From: Octopus sinensis
Lineage: Eukaryota
DNA: 64,000 bases
Reading direction: 5' to 3'
NCBI RefSeq assembly: GCF_006345805.1
Contig: NW_021834155.1
Span: 1-64,000, forward strand
This document shows positions 51,324 to 64,000 of the stretch, one piece after another. The first letter of the stretch is position 1, and each line of letters opens with the position of its first letter. Under the pieces are notes generated by a model. That model was not told where the DNA came from. It did no database searches and worked only from the letters and a program-made list of their open reading frames with translations. A program made the translations under genes and the position numbers.

Positions 51324-52334
51324 TGTATGTATGTATATTTTTTCCTATCTTGTCTGTAATAGATTTGTGACTTTTCGGTGGTACAGAAGTATTTTTTGAC
51401 TTCTATAATTAGCGATATAGGTACTCATGTAGTACCCATCTGTATATATGTACATATCTAATATTTTATTAATTTGCCTGTACGGCTAATAATTCGCTTA
51501 CCACTTGTGATGGTGTTTTGATAATACCATCCTTGTGCAGTCGAGACATGCTAGTCATGGACTGCATGTCCGTTGATTTTTATATAACTCAAAAATTAAT
51601 TTAAAGACGTAATGTATTTATAACCAGATTGAAAAGTTGTCCAAATCATTGGAAACTGAGCTGAAATAGTTACTTTGTTTCAAAGGAAACCCGTCCAGAT
51701 TCGATACTTCGCTGAGTTCCCTTTTTGCCTCCATTAGGCATGCTTAAAGAAAAACACATACGAAATCTTTTGTCCACCCCTTCCTATCTTTCAATAACTA
51801 TCGTTTCTCTCCTGCCAATTTGTAAAGTCAATACCTGTAAGATTCTTTTTGGCTTTGTCTTTCCCCTCCCTTTTTATCAGTTCTTCTTCTTTGTAATTGA
51901 TGCAGGCTAAATGGTTGAGTAGATTTGACTTTATGACCTGTAAAAATTCTGACCAAAACATCAAGAATCCCATAATTCTTAATTAGTGAGCTCAAATGTT
52001 GCCGTGACTTTGGAATATCTATTTCGCTCTGTCGTAAGTTTTGAAATTGTTATTATTAATCATCCTCTGTATTGAACAAATTTTCAAAAATTCTGAAATC
52101 AGAAATGTAATCTAGCTAATAAATCTTTCGTTGATTTACTAAAATTATCTTTCTGTTTTGTCGAAACAGATTTACAATTCACGCTCACACCACGTGCACT
52201 ATTACTTTCATAAGATCTCTTCAGGGTTTTCAAAATATTAGTCTAGATGACTGAAACGTATACATATAAATATAAACACACACATTGAAAGATGTGGGCG
52301 TGTGTGTGTGTGTTTATGTATAAATCATTTTGTA

Positions 52335-52747
52335 TACTCTTTTACTCTTTTACTTGTTTCAGTCATTTGACTGCGGCCATGCTGGAGCACCGCCTTTAAT
52401 CGAGCAACTCGACCCCGGGACTTATTCATTGTAAGCCCAGTACTTATTCTATCGGTCTCTTTTGCCGAACCGCTAAGTGACGGGGACGTAAACACACCAG
52501 CATCGGTTCTCAAACAATGCTAGGGGGACAAACACAGACACACAAACACACACACACATACATATATATATACATACATATATACGACAGGCTTCTTTCA
52601 GTTTCCGTCTACCAAATCCACTCACAAGGCATTGGTCGGCCCGGGGCTATAATAGAAGACACTTGCCCAAGATGCCACGCACTGGGACTGAACCCGGAAC
52701 CATGTGGTTTGGTTAGCAAGCTACTTACCACACAACCACTCCTGCGC
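52335..52747 (-). mobile_element. SINE family A, full length
   Basis: Head to tail match. Confidence 0.92.
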
Positions 52748-53206
52748 ATAAATAATTTTCTTTTACAGTCTTTCAAATTCTATTTCATCATTAGGTAAGG
52801 ATAATTTCTTCGTTTTCTCCTTGGATGTTGCGATATTTCACATCTTTGCTACTCCCAACAAACGAAAAGAAACGCTAGGTTTTTGTTTATTGGTTTTAAG
52901 GGCTTTTCACAATGTTGTGTTTTCGCTGTCTTTCATTGTGTGTATGTATATGTATGTGTTCAATGTGCGCGAGACGTAGTCTTTTAATTTAGGGATTTCA
53001 GTAAGTATCACAACACAAGTGAGTGCCAATTATTTCCCCAAAATTGGCGAGTAGCCTAATAAAGCAGCTGATTTGTCTTTGAAAGCGTAACGGTCTAAAA
53101 CCATGGAGATATTACGCAACTAAATGTATTCTCATAATTAAATAATACCTACATACACGTATACATATACATATGTGTGTATATATATATATACATACGC
53201 ATATAC

Positions 53207-53292
<86 letters not shown>

Positions 53293-53519
53293 TATACATA
53301 TATATATCATTCGCCATGATAGATCGCTAGCCACTACACATTCTTTATTTTCTCTCCTTGTTTCTTTCTGTGTTCTTTTCTGTGGAAGAGCGTAGGCTCG
53401 AAATGTTAAAGACTTTTTCACTTCCCGAGCGTTAAACTAATACATCTGTTTGTTGTATACACCACCTGACTTCGTCTTTTGTTTTTGTGAATTCTCTCCT
53501 TATATATACATGTGTGTGT

Positions 53520-53552
<33 letters not shown>

Positions 53553-53553
53553 G

Positions 53554-53584
<31 letters not shown>

Positions 53585-53760
53585 TATGAATGAATGTCAT
53601 CTGACTGCTATTTCTGGCAGATCGTGTATGTAGAGAATCCTTCATGTGTTCGATATTAGTTGTGTGCATTTATGCAGGTGGTGCTATTAAGTTAGACATG
53701 GCCTGGGCCTATAGTGGCCGAAACCTATCAAAGTTATCAAAGTTATATATATATATATAT

Positions 53761-56019
53761 ATAATCAATCTCTCAAACAAAGAACTTACACCTAACGAAA
53801 TAAGCATACTCTCCAAAGGACTTAAATTTACACCAACCCCACAACGTTCTAATTACTATGAAATGAAAGATGATATTTCGGAATTTTGCAGGAAACTAAG
53901 ACTCACCGAGGAATTTCAAGACAAACAAATAGATGAGGATTCAATAGCTAGAAACAAGAGCAATTACACCCCCACCAAGGGAAAGAATAAAGCCTTAGAC
54001 CGCTATTGTGACTACATAACTAATTTCCCGCGTTTCAATTCATCAAGAAACAAAAACACAGCCCTAACTTTAACAAAAGAGAATGGAACGACCTCATCAA
54101 ATTAAGAGAAGACAAAGCAATAACAATTAAGGAGGCAGATAAGGGCAACGCGATAGTAGTAATGAATACAAACGATTATAAAAATTTAGTGCTATCCCTA
54201 TTAGAGATGAAACGTATTATGAAAGGGCTCAACAGTATAATCAGCAAAAAATAATGCATAACCTTAGGACATTAATCAACACATACCGAGAAGGACTCAC
54301 GGACAAGGAGTATGAATACATCACTAACTTCAAATGCAAATCGAGTTTGTTCTACGGTATCCCTAAAGTACACAAAAGCCAAATAATTAGAGAAACATGC
54401 AAAACATCTACCGATATACTCATCAAAATCTCTTCACCAAATGATCTTAAACTTAGACCGATAATAGCAGGGCCAGCATGTGAGACTCACCGCCTCAGCA
54501 ATTTCTTAGACACACTTCTTAAACCTTTCCTAAAACACATCAAAAGCTACGTAAGAGACGATATAGATATGCTCAACCACCTCCCTAAAACAGTCAATGA
54601 GAAAACCCTTCTAGTATCATTCGACGTAGTTAATCTTTATTCTAACATCCCTCACAACCTAGGAATAGAAGCGATCACCTTCTGGCTGAATAACTACTCC
54701 TTTGAACTCCCAACTCGCATAAACAAAGACCTTATAATAGAAGGACTTAGATTTATTTTAGAAAACAATTACTTTATTTTTGACAATAATTTCTACAGAC
54801 AAATATCGGGAAGAGCGATGGGCACGCGTACTGCACCATCTTTTGCCAACCTAGTGATGGGATACCTCGAGATAATACTCTACCAGATAGCACTCGAGAA
54901 ATTTGGAAACACCTTCTCCACCTATATCCAGAACAACTGGAAAAGATACCTCGATGACTGTTTCATCATCTGGGACAAAAGTATAGAGAAACTTGAGGAA
55001 TTTAAAATACTATTAAATGGAATAAATGATAATATACAATTCACGATGGATCATAACGAAGAAGAATTACCATTTTTAGACATCCTCATTAAGAAAACCG
55101 GCAACAAAAAGAGACAGATATCTACTATAAACCGACAGACTCCAAACAATACCTACCCTTTGATTCATGCCACCCACGACACACTAGAATAAATGTCCCT
55201 TTTTGTTTAGCTAGAAGGATCTGCACCATAATATCAGACACAAACACCCGACACACACGTCTCCAGGAATTTAGAACCACACTCACAAATAGAAACTATC
55301 CACAGCCCCTAATAGACAGTGCAATCCAAAGGGCACTCAAATTAAGTATAGAAGACCTGAGACAAACAAAACCAAAAAAGAAAGAACAATTAAAAACCCT
55401 TCCCTACATCTCTACACACAACCCACTCAACAATGAGGCCTTCAGCACCATACTACAAAGCACAGCCCTACTAAAGGGAGACCCAAAGATGAACCGGATC
55501 CTCGAAACACACACCATCATTAAAAGTAAACGGCAACCAAAATCCTTGAAAAGGATTTTAACCCAAGCTAAACTGCACTCAACATCAACCACAAAACCAG
55601 CAGTTAGAAAATGTGGAAGGCCCAACTGCGGAATCTGTGTCATCTAGATAGAAGGTTCAGAATTTATACTAGAACAAGGCCATCAGTTCACCATTAGAGC
55701 AAATTTCACCTGCGCATCAGAAAACTTAATTTACGTCTTAACATGCGCAGGCTGCAATAGGCAGTATATAGACCATACAAAAAATAGCTTACGTAACAGG
55801 ATGGCGGTGCATAAATCACAAATTAGAAACCCTGAATACCGGAAAATACCGGTCAGCGGACACATAGATAGATGTGCTAGAAATGTAAATCCGAAATTTA
55901 CAACTTACCCGCTTTATAAATTCAGTGACAGCGTAACCTTCACGTAACGCCAAAATAAAGAACTGTATTTCATCAAAAAATTTAGACCAAGTTTGAACAC
56001 CCTGGGCCAGGAATATTAA
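53761..56019 (+). pseudogene. Penelope-like element ORF (RT + GIY-YIG endonuclease), broken by three frameshifts and two stops
   Basis: INLS..LSKGLKF, IKEADKG, FYGIPKVHK, LRPII, SFDVVNLYSNIP, YRQISGRAMGT, WKRYLDDCF, KPTDSKQYL, KCGRPNCGIC, NLIYVLTCAGCNRQYI, ELYFIKKFRPSLN. Confidence 0.93.
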
Positions 56020-56900
56020 AACAAAACATTGGTCCTCCGAAAAGGAGAAGCGAAATTCTACCACGGCCGCTGCCTTAAACAGTCACTCACACTGACAGAG
56101 ATATGTCTTAGGGAAAGAAAAAAATCTATAAAAAGATCTCTACAAGCAGATCTAATCCTGATTCGTCAAGAAACTGATGACGTATTACCTCAGTGGGCAA
56201 GCTATTGTCACCCTGCTTGGTCGGTTTCCACACATTCAAAATATTGATGACGTCTAGTTCTGCTGGACTAGCCACCTAACGGGATGATTGGTCAAAACAT
56301 TGATGACGTCTCGTTCCGCTGGACTAGCCACCTAACAGGATACAGTCATGGATCAGATCTAATTTCAATCCGGCAAAAACAAGGATGACGTATTTCTTCC
56401 ATGGCCAAACTGTCGTTCTGCTAGGTTGGTTTCCTAACAGGATATATTCGTTGAGACTGAGTTTTGATTGGTTGGGAACTATATGACGTCAGTGAAAAAT
56501 GCAAGTGAGACAGCTAAGCTGAGCCGATATAAACCCAAACAATTCACAAAATTCACCAGACACCAACCAAAAATCATTACAGTTGCTCCTATTGGAACAC
56601 AAGGTAAAATCTAAAATGAATTCCTCGCTTTTTCAAGAACATGAATTTTTTATATTTGACTCTATTGAATGCATATCACCACTATGAACTACTACATCAT
56701 ACTTTTTAAACATATAGCATGGACTCGCTTGACTATATATGAATTTTTTATGTTTGACTCTATTGAACATTATATATGATTTTTTTATATTTGATAGCAT
56801 GAACTATCTTTTTTATATATAAATTTTTTTTGATAAGGTTCGTCATTTCAAGAACCGAAACATGTTAAGTAAATAATGTATATATAAAAATTAAAATTTG
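56020..56900 (+). mobile_element. Penelope-like element 3' region / pseudo-LTR
   Basis: Follows the ORF; contains two copies of a roughly 55-bp repeat at 56240-56340, TGACGT motifs, TATAAA and a terminal degenerate hammerhead. Confidence 0.6.
56826..56870 (+). ncRNA. Degenerate hammerhead motif at the end of the Penelope-like element
   Basis: TTGATAA-GGTTC(gtcatttcaa)GAACC-GAAA-CATGT-T; the core has two substitutions relative to CTGATGA. Confidence 0.5.
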
Positions 56901-57436
56901 TCTAATATAGCAGCATTTTCAAACTTCATTTTTTACAAATATATATATATATATAAAGTGAAAGTTTACGAAAATAAGCAAAAGACGAAGGCAGGTGGTG
57001 TACAAACAAACAAATGTATTAGTATAGCGCTCAGGAATAGAAAAAGTCTTTTACGTTTCGAGCCTACGCTCTTATATATACACATATGTATACACACAAA
57101 CACACACACACACACTGATGCACACATGTATAATTGTGTACCTTGTTCTCCATTGTTCGTCTTTTTGTGTACCATGTTCTCTGTTTTTTGTGCTTTTCGC
57201 TAGCTTTCTTACAAAGGGTCTAATGCTCTTAGCTTAGACTTTTTGGGGAGCAACCATATCGAACTGTCTCAAGTATGACTACCAGAAACAGTCGTGACTT
57301 CTGGGTCTTGACTGAGGAAAGAAGGCCACGAGTGCCCCGTCTTCTTTTTTTTGCCTGTCCTTCTAATTGTTGTTTCTCTTGTCCGCCTTGCATCGTCTAC
57401 TTGTCCGAATGTTTTATTGTATTCTCTTGCGTTTTT

Positions 57437-57552
57437 GTTCCGGGTTTAGTCCCACTGCGTGGCACCTTGCGCAAGTGTCTTCTACTATAGCCTCGGGCCG
57501 AACAAAGCATAGTGAGCGGATTTGGTAGACGGAAACTGAAAGAAGCTCCTCC

Positions 57553-57608
<56 letters not shown>

Positions 57609-57735
57609 TATTATATATATATATATAGTTACAAATTGAGATAGGGGTTGTAAGTGGTGGTTTAATAAAGTATGTGATTGAGTATTATCTGATAATTGAT
57701 ATTTGATTTAGATGTATTTCTCCATTTTCTTATCT

Positions 57736-57771
<36 letters not shown>

Positions 57772-57996
57772 TGTGTGTATATGTTTATTTGTCTGTGTTT
57801 GCACCCCCCACCAACATCACTTGACAACCGATGCTGATGTGTTTACGTCCTCGTAACTTAGTGGTTCGGCAAAAGAGTCCGATAGAATAAGTACTAGGCT
57901 TACAAAGAATAAGTCCTAGGGTGGATTTGCTCGACTAAAGGCGGTGCTCCTGCATGGCCGCAGTCAAATTACTGAAACAAGTAAAAGAGTAAAGAG
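57437..57996 (+). mobile_element. SINE family A variant with expanded internal (TA)n
   Basis: Body halves flank a low-complexity insert. Confidence 0.8.
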
Positions 57997-58019
57997 CAAG
58001 AGTAATATATACACGCACC

Positions 58020-58089
<70 letters not shown>

Positions 58090-58170
58090 TATATGTATGT
58101 GTGTATATAAGTATATATATGTGCATATACGTATGTGTATACATATATATGCATATATATATGTGTATGC

Positions 58171-58203
<33 letters not shown>

Positions 58204-58846
58204 TGTATGTATGTATGTATGTATATGCATTCACACACAACACACACACACACACACATATATATGTTTATGCGTATTTGACTGCATTTTCCCGCGTGTC
58301 TATATAAAAATGTGTGCTGCTGCATACGTACATGTCTTCATACTTCGTTAGTGTATATTCTATCATTAATAACACCGTCGTTCTGCTCATTTTCTCTGTT
58401 TTTCCTCCATAAGAGAGGGTGGAAGCCTGGTAGATTTCAAATACCATCTTCGTAATTGTCCACTCTGCTCAACTTCCCAGCCGCATCGCCTTTCAGATTC
58501 TACAGGACTTAGCGAAATGTGACCCGCTACAGTGTAGCATTTCATTCCCATTGAAACTAACCCCTGATCGCCCCCTTATTCATAATAGCCTGGCCTTCTC
58601 TAACTGTCTAATTTATAACTATCAATGAGATATATCATAATTAGTGGGATAACTTTCCTAATTAGGCTCCTTCCCACTCGGTTTGAAAATAAGTCCACGG
58701 AAGTAAGAGGTTCCCCTAAAAATAATCAAATGCTTTCAGACACACGCATACATGCATACATACATACATACATACATACATACATACATACATACATACA
58801 CACTCCAACTCCCACACAAAAGTACATACACATGCACAAAAATTCC

Positions 58847-59258
58847 GCAGGTGTGGTTGTGCGGTAAGAAACTGGCTTCTCAACCACTTGGTTCCAGGTT
58901 CAGTCCGTCTGCGTGGCACCTTGGGCAAATGTCTTCTCGGGTTGGCCAAAGCTTTGTGAGTGGATTTGGTAGACGGAAACTGAAAGAAGCCCGTCATGTA
59001 TATATATATATATATATATACATGTGTGTGTGTCTTTGTGTCTGTGTTTGTCCCACCCACCATCACTTGATAACCGATGTTGGTGCGTTTACGTCCCTGT
59101 AACTTAGCGGTTCGGCAAAAGAGACGGTTAGAATAAGTACTAGGGTTACAAAGAAAGCGTCCTGGGGTCGATTTCTTCGACTAAAAAAAGTCCTTAAAGG
59201 CGGTACTGCAGCATGGCCGCAGATAAATAGCTGAAACAAGTAAAAGAATACAAGAATA
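58847..59258 (+). mobile_element. SINE family A, older subfamily
   Basis: Diverged head, body and tail. Confidence 0.85.
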
Positions 59259-60019
59259 TATGTGTGAGTATATACACACACACACATATATAAATGTATG
59301 TGTATTTTTTCACTATGTACAGATAATACAAAAAAAAAATAAATAGTTACCAGGGTACCAAAAATTTACATAAATGCCAAGGATGTTACAGCCTATTTAT
59401 AAAGGTAGAAGTTCCAGGTTTTGGTGAAATTTTTTTATATAACATAGTTAAATTAAGAAGGATCTTACAGGCATGAAGTGGATTCGATCCACTACAGCCA
59501 AATTTAAATTAACTCTGCAACAGAACTTTTCCCACGGTGGAACAATGGTTTTTCTCTGACAACAATTTTTCATTTTCCAGATGCCTTTAGCTAGGCCGAA
59601 ATAATGTCTTCACCACTTGACCCTTTCTAACCTCTTCTACTCCACCAATATCTAGAACAGAGATAATAAGACCACCAACTAAATCTATTGTTCTCAGTGA
59701 TATGTCTATCCTTCTGGATAGTTATAAAAGCATAAACCCCAAGCAAAAAGTTAGTTCAGTCACATGGTGACGACTCAACCAGTTCAGTCACTTCGGTGAC
59801 GACTCAACGAGTTAGCCACTTCGGTGACAACTCAGTGAGAACGAAGTCTGGCTGACCAGCTAGAATCTTGGTCAGATGGAGAAAGGAAGTTTAGTGTCAG
59901 CAACTGTGAGACAACACCCTACAACTCTCACTAGCTCTAATTCTGTTCCCTTACAACATCATTTTTTCTCTCTTCGCAATTACTACTAAACAATGCAGAG
60001 AACACAAACACAAACTTTA

Positions 60020-60390
60020 CTTCGCATGCTTTTGGATTTATCATAACCTATACGACTTTCTAAAGGATAGAAATCAGGTTGTAACCAACGGGGCCACCTC
60101 CAAGGAAACGCAAATGATGAGTGGTGTCCCATAGGGCACTGTCTTTGGGCCACTACCATTCATAGTGGCCGTCTCAGGCATGCCCTCAGCTGCTTAGATA
60201 GCCACCTCTGCGAGCTATACAGACGATACCAAAATCACTCAGGGAATACAGAACCCTGAAGATATTGCACACCTGCAATAGGATTGGACGTAGTGTACAG
60301 GTGGTCTGAGGATAATAACATGTAGCTTATTGCCAGAAAATTCCAAGGCCTGTCATACAAGTACATGTAGCCGAATGAAATGTAGATGCA
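60020..60390 (+). mobile_element. CR1/L2-like LINE RT fragment
   Basis: DFLKDRNQVV, SGVP*GTVFGPLPF, SYTDDTKI, LQ*D..VVYRWSEDNNM. Confidence 0.8.
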
Positions 60391-60671
60391 TTATTAGAAT
60401 AGTGGATACTGCGATATATGGCTTCCTAATAATATATTCACGTTAAATAGGATATAAAGATCTCCATTCTGTATTAATAATATATATACACACTGTATAT
60501 TTTTATACGCACTATATATATGTATAGTAGAATAACAAAAAAAGTTCTTGGTAGAGTATAATGTATTTGAAAAAAATGAATAGAGATGGTTTTTGGGGGA
60601 ATAATTTTTATTTTAATGATAATGTTTACAGTTACTCTAAGATTCGAGCTTTTCGATAGCCGTTTTCAAAG

Positions 60672-61486
60672 GTGCAGAGTCTTACTGAAACACATATGAC
60701 CTTCCATTGCATATACTGCCTATCCAGGGCTTAATAATTATTTCCAGGACCTCAATGTAGGCGGCAGAGTTAACTCTAAGGCCTTGTGGAAAGAAGTAAG
60801 GAGGCATCACATCTCCTTCATTACTGACAATCCCTAAAACCATGACAGTTGCAAGAAATTTTGTATGCATAACACTTGGAACTTCAGAAGGGTCTACACA
60901 TAACAATCTTTCATTTCTTCTGCTAAATTTTTGATCTTGGTCGAAGTTTTTCTCGTTTAAGAAAAACTAAATTTGTTTAAGAGCCTTTTAGATCTGATGT
61001 AGTGATTTTCTTTTGTGTTTTCTGACAAATTGACCTTTCTTTATCATATTAGGCTTATATCTGATGTCTTCATGGACAACATTTCTGACTATTCCTTCTA
61101 ATATATGGAGATCTTTTGCAATTGACCTCATGGACTTTCTGGGATTATAATCAATGGTCTGTTGAATTTGCTGGATAAATTCAGGTGTTCTGATGATTTC
61201 AGAGCGTTTAGAATGCCTTTGATGCTTTGATACTGGTGATACGTTTCCATTTTCAATTTCCTTACAAACTTTGTAGACGAAAGATCTGACAACTTTTAAA
61301 AATCGAGATATTTCTAAATCGCTATGCTCAGCCTTTATAACCACAATAACAGCATGCCTCTTCATTTCTTGAGTAAGTTGACGGTCTGGCATTATTATTT
61401 TCTGAAACAAAGATTAAACAAAGTTAGCAAAAAATGCAACAATGACCCCCAAAAAGGTATGTCCTCAAAAAACCTTACGCACTCTG
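60672..61486 (-). mobile_element. Second, truncated DD37D (maT) copy
   Basis: ORFs 60988-61410 and 60682-60906 are homologous to 15592-16868; only the 5' TIR (ending 61486) is retained. Confidence 0.88.
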
Positions 61487-61625
61487 AATATATATATATA
61501 TATATATACAGAGAGAGAGAGAGAGAGAGGGGGGGGGAGTTAGATAGATTGATAGATAAAGTATTTTTTTTTTTTGTACTTGTTTCAGTCATTTGACTGC
61601 GGCCATGCTGGAGCACCGCCTTTTA

Positions 61626-61783
61626 GAGTGGTGAAAGAGTACAGCAGGGATCACCACATCCTGCCGGAGCCTCGTGGAGCTTTTTAGGTGTTTTCGCTCA
61701 ATAAACACACTCAACGCCCGGTCTGGGAATCGAAACCGCGATCCTCCGACCGCAAGTCCGCTGCCCTAACCACTAGGCCATTG
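61626..61783 (-). mobile_element. SINE family C 5' half abutting a family A tail (61576-61622)
   Basis: Sequence match to other copies. Confidence 0.85.
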
Positions 61784-62019
61784 TGTATATGTATGTTATT
61801 ATTAAGTTTTATTTCAAGATTTCTTGCCAATAGATAAGGGCCCAGTTTCTAACCTAGATCCAAGGTTTCTTCATTGGAATTTCAACATCAACAACAGGGT
61901 ATTTTTGTATGTATCGGGGTCGATAAATTAAGTAGCAGTTGCGAACTGGAGTCAATCTAATCTAATTTCGGGCCTTGTGCCTAGAGTAGAAAAGAATGTA
62001 TGTATATATTTAATGTATG

Positions 62020-62164
62020 TAATATATGTATGTATTTAATGTATGTATGTATATATGTATCTATCTATCTATGTATTTAATGTATGTATGTACGTATGTA
62101 TGTATGTATGTATGTATGTATGTATGTATGTATGTATGTATGTATGTATGTATCTATCTATCCG

Positions 62165-62241
<77 letters not shown>

Positions 62242-62247
62242 CTATCA

Positions 62248-62325
<78 letters not shown>

Positions 62326-62330
62326 TTAAT
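62020..62330. repeat. (TATG)n to (TATC)n compound microsatellite
   Basis: Direct reading. Confidence 0.95.
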
Positions 62331-62919
62331 GTATATATGTATTTTCATACGTGGTACTTACTGTAAATATCGTTGGCAGCTATCTTCAAAGAACTTAGAA
62401 AAATTTCTATTCGACGCCACTGAAAGGATCTAATAAACGCTTGCTCTACCGAATGTCGCCACGATCATTGGAACTTTGAGATAGGAATTACCATTTACCT
62501 TTTCTCTATTCTTTGCATTTTTTTCTTTTTATTCTAATCCATAATGTTTGATCCCCAATTCCTGATACGTGTCTCTTTTCTAATGTCCGCTTTCTAATGT
62601 CCGCTTTCTCTGACAGCCTAATTGAACCATCAACGCTTCCGGTTGCCCCCCCCCCCTTTCAGTCCCCTTCCCTTTCTGAACTGCTAGTTTGCTTGACTTT
62701 AGGCTACGCTGCCAAGCGATCCGTTAATATTTGTTCTTAGCTTCACATCAAACAGAAGTTCTCTTCAACTCTGGATTCTCTTCTTGGAGTTGCGGATCAG
62801 CAAACACCAGTGGATATCTTGGATTATTCACCTATTGATTTGCTTTACCGTATAGGCATCGATGTGGTGTTGATCACTTTGATAAGGCCTGGTCTTAATT
62901 TATTCTCTTTGATCGATAT

Positions 62920-62948
62920 ATACATACATACATATATATGTATGAGTA

Positions 62949-62984
<36 letters not shown>

Positions 62985-63073
62985 TGTATGTATGTATGTA
63001 TGTATATATATATATGTATGTATATATGTGTATATATATATGTATGTATGTATGTATGTATATATATATTATA

Positions 63074-63109
<36 letters not shown>

Positions 63110-63165
63110 TATATATATGTATGTATGTATATATGTGTATATATATATGTATGTATGTATGTATA

Positions 63166-63201
<36 letters not shown>

Positions 63202-63275
63202 TGTATGTATGTATGTATGTATATATATATATGTATGTATGTATGTATATATATATGTATGTATGTATATATGTG

Positions 63276-63344
<69 letters not shown>

Positions 63345-63345
63345 A
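62920..63345. repeat. (TATG)n/(TA)n compound microsatellite
   Basis: Direct reading. Confidence 0.95.
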
Positions 63346-63354
63346 TATACACGT

Positions 63355-63469
63355 GTGTGTGTGTGTGTGCAGCATATATAATTAAGGTGTGCTAGAGTAG
63401 ATTTGTGAACCTGAACGCACGCAAACACTTAGACACACACATATATGTGTTTATATACATATATGTATG

Positions 63470-63532
<63 letters not shown>

Positions 63533-63640
63533 ACATGTGTGTATGTGTGTGTGCAGGTTCACAGATCACCTCTAACACATCTTAATCATATATGCTGCGC
63601 GCGAACACACACACACACCACACACACACACACATACACA

Positions 63641-63674
<34 letters not shown>

Positions 63675-63717
63675 ACACACATATATGTGTTTATATACAT
63701 ATATGTATGTATGTATA

Positions 63718-63767
<50 letters not shown>

Positions 63768-63860
63768 ACATGTGTGTATGTGTGTGTGCAGGTTCACAGA
63801 TCACCTCTAACACATCTTAATCATATATGCTGCGCGCGAACACACACACACACACACACA
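63355..63860. repeat. Inverted plus tandem duplication of a roughly 55-bp unique core
   Basis: Core caggttcac..ttaat.atatatgctgc is on - at 63368-63415 and on + at 63554 and 63789 (period 235 bp). Confidence 0.85.
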
Positions 63861-64000
63861 CAACACACACACACGCACACGCACGCACAAGCGGAGAGAA
63901 GACTTAATCCGACAAACAGTTTGCCACCACCACCACCACCACCGCCGCCACCAGCTTGTGATGCCTCTAACAGAGTCCATTCTGTTGTCAGTAATTCGAT

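Noticed and set aside
53690-53735. GGCC..GGCC-GAAAC upstream of the Penelope ORF
   Set aside because: No recognisable CTGANGA core or stem III; at best a decayed relic.
55645-55947. In-frame stops in the Penelope endonuclease as possible selenocysteine recoding
   Set aside because: The stops are TAG and TAA, not TGA.
61827-61877. Minus-strand CCAA-TGAAGA-AACCT..AGGTT-A-GAAAC..TTGG
   Set aside because: Hammerhead-like layout, but C3 is missing, there is an extra base before GAAA and stem III does not pair.
62340-62900. Unique-looking sequence and start of ORF 62810-63385
   Set aside because: No recognisable domain or convincing splice-site pair, and the ORF continues only through microsatellite.

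Overview
AT-rich, microsatellite-saturated eukaryotic DNA made almost entirely of repeats. The SINE families match my recollection of Octopus (coleoid cephalopod) repeats; this is an inference, not a database result. No intact host protein-coding gene, rRNA or CRISPR array is supportable, and most ORF-track entries are translated microsatellites. The window holds three tRNA-derived SINE families (called A, B, C here), decayed LINEs (RTE, R4/Dong-type RLE, CR1-like), a Gypsy gag remnant, and a nearly full-length frameshifted Penelope-like element (RT + GIY-YIG, 53.8-56.9 kb). It also holds two DD37D (maT) Tc1/mariner copies, pogo/Tigger MITEs and five non-autonomous Helitrons. Structure not explained by these annotations: (1) several distinct minimal type I hammerhead ribozyme motifs with covarying stems; (2) an exact head-to-tail Helitron junction, with a captured 213-bp GC-rich insert in the second copy; (3) a 10 x 60-bp array open on both strands with three C/G switch sites 5 nt apart; (4) a SINE-mediated 1.19-kb tandem duplication with a chimeric SINE; (5) a candidate RFX X-box/CRE promoter at 18.3 kb; (6) several local inverted duplications. 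All coordinates and alignments were done by eye, so boundaries of decayed elements are approximate.
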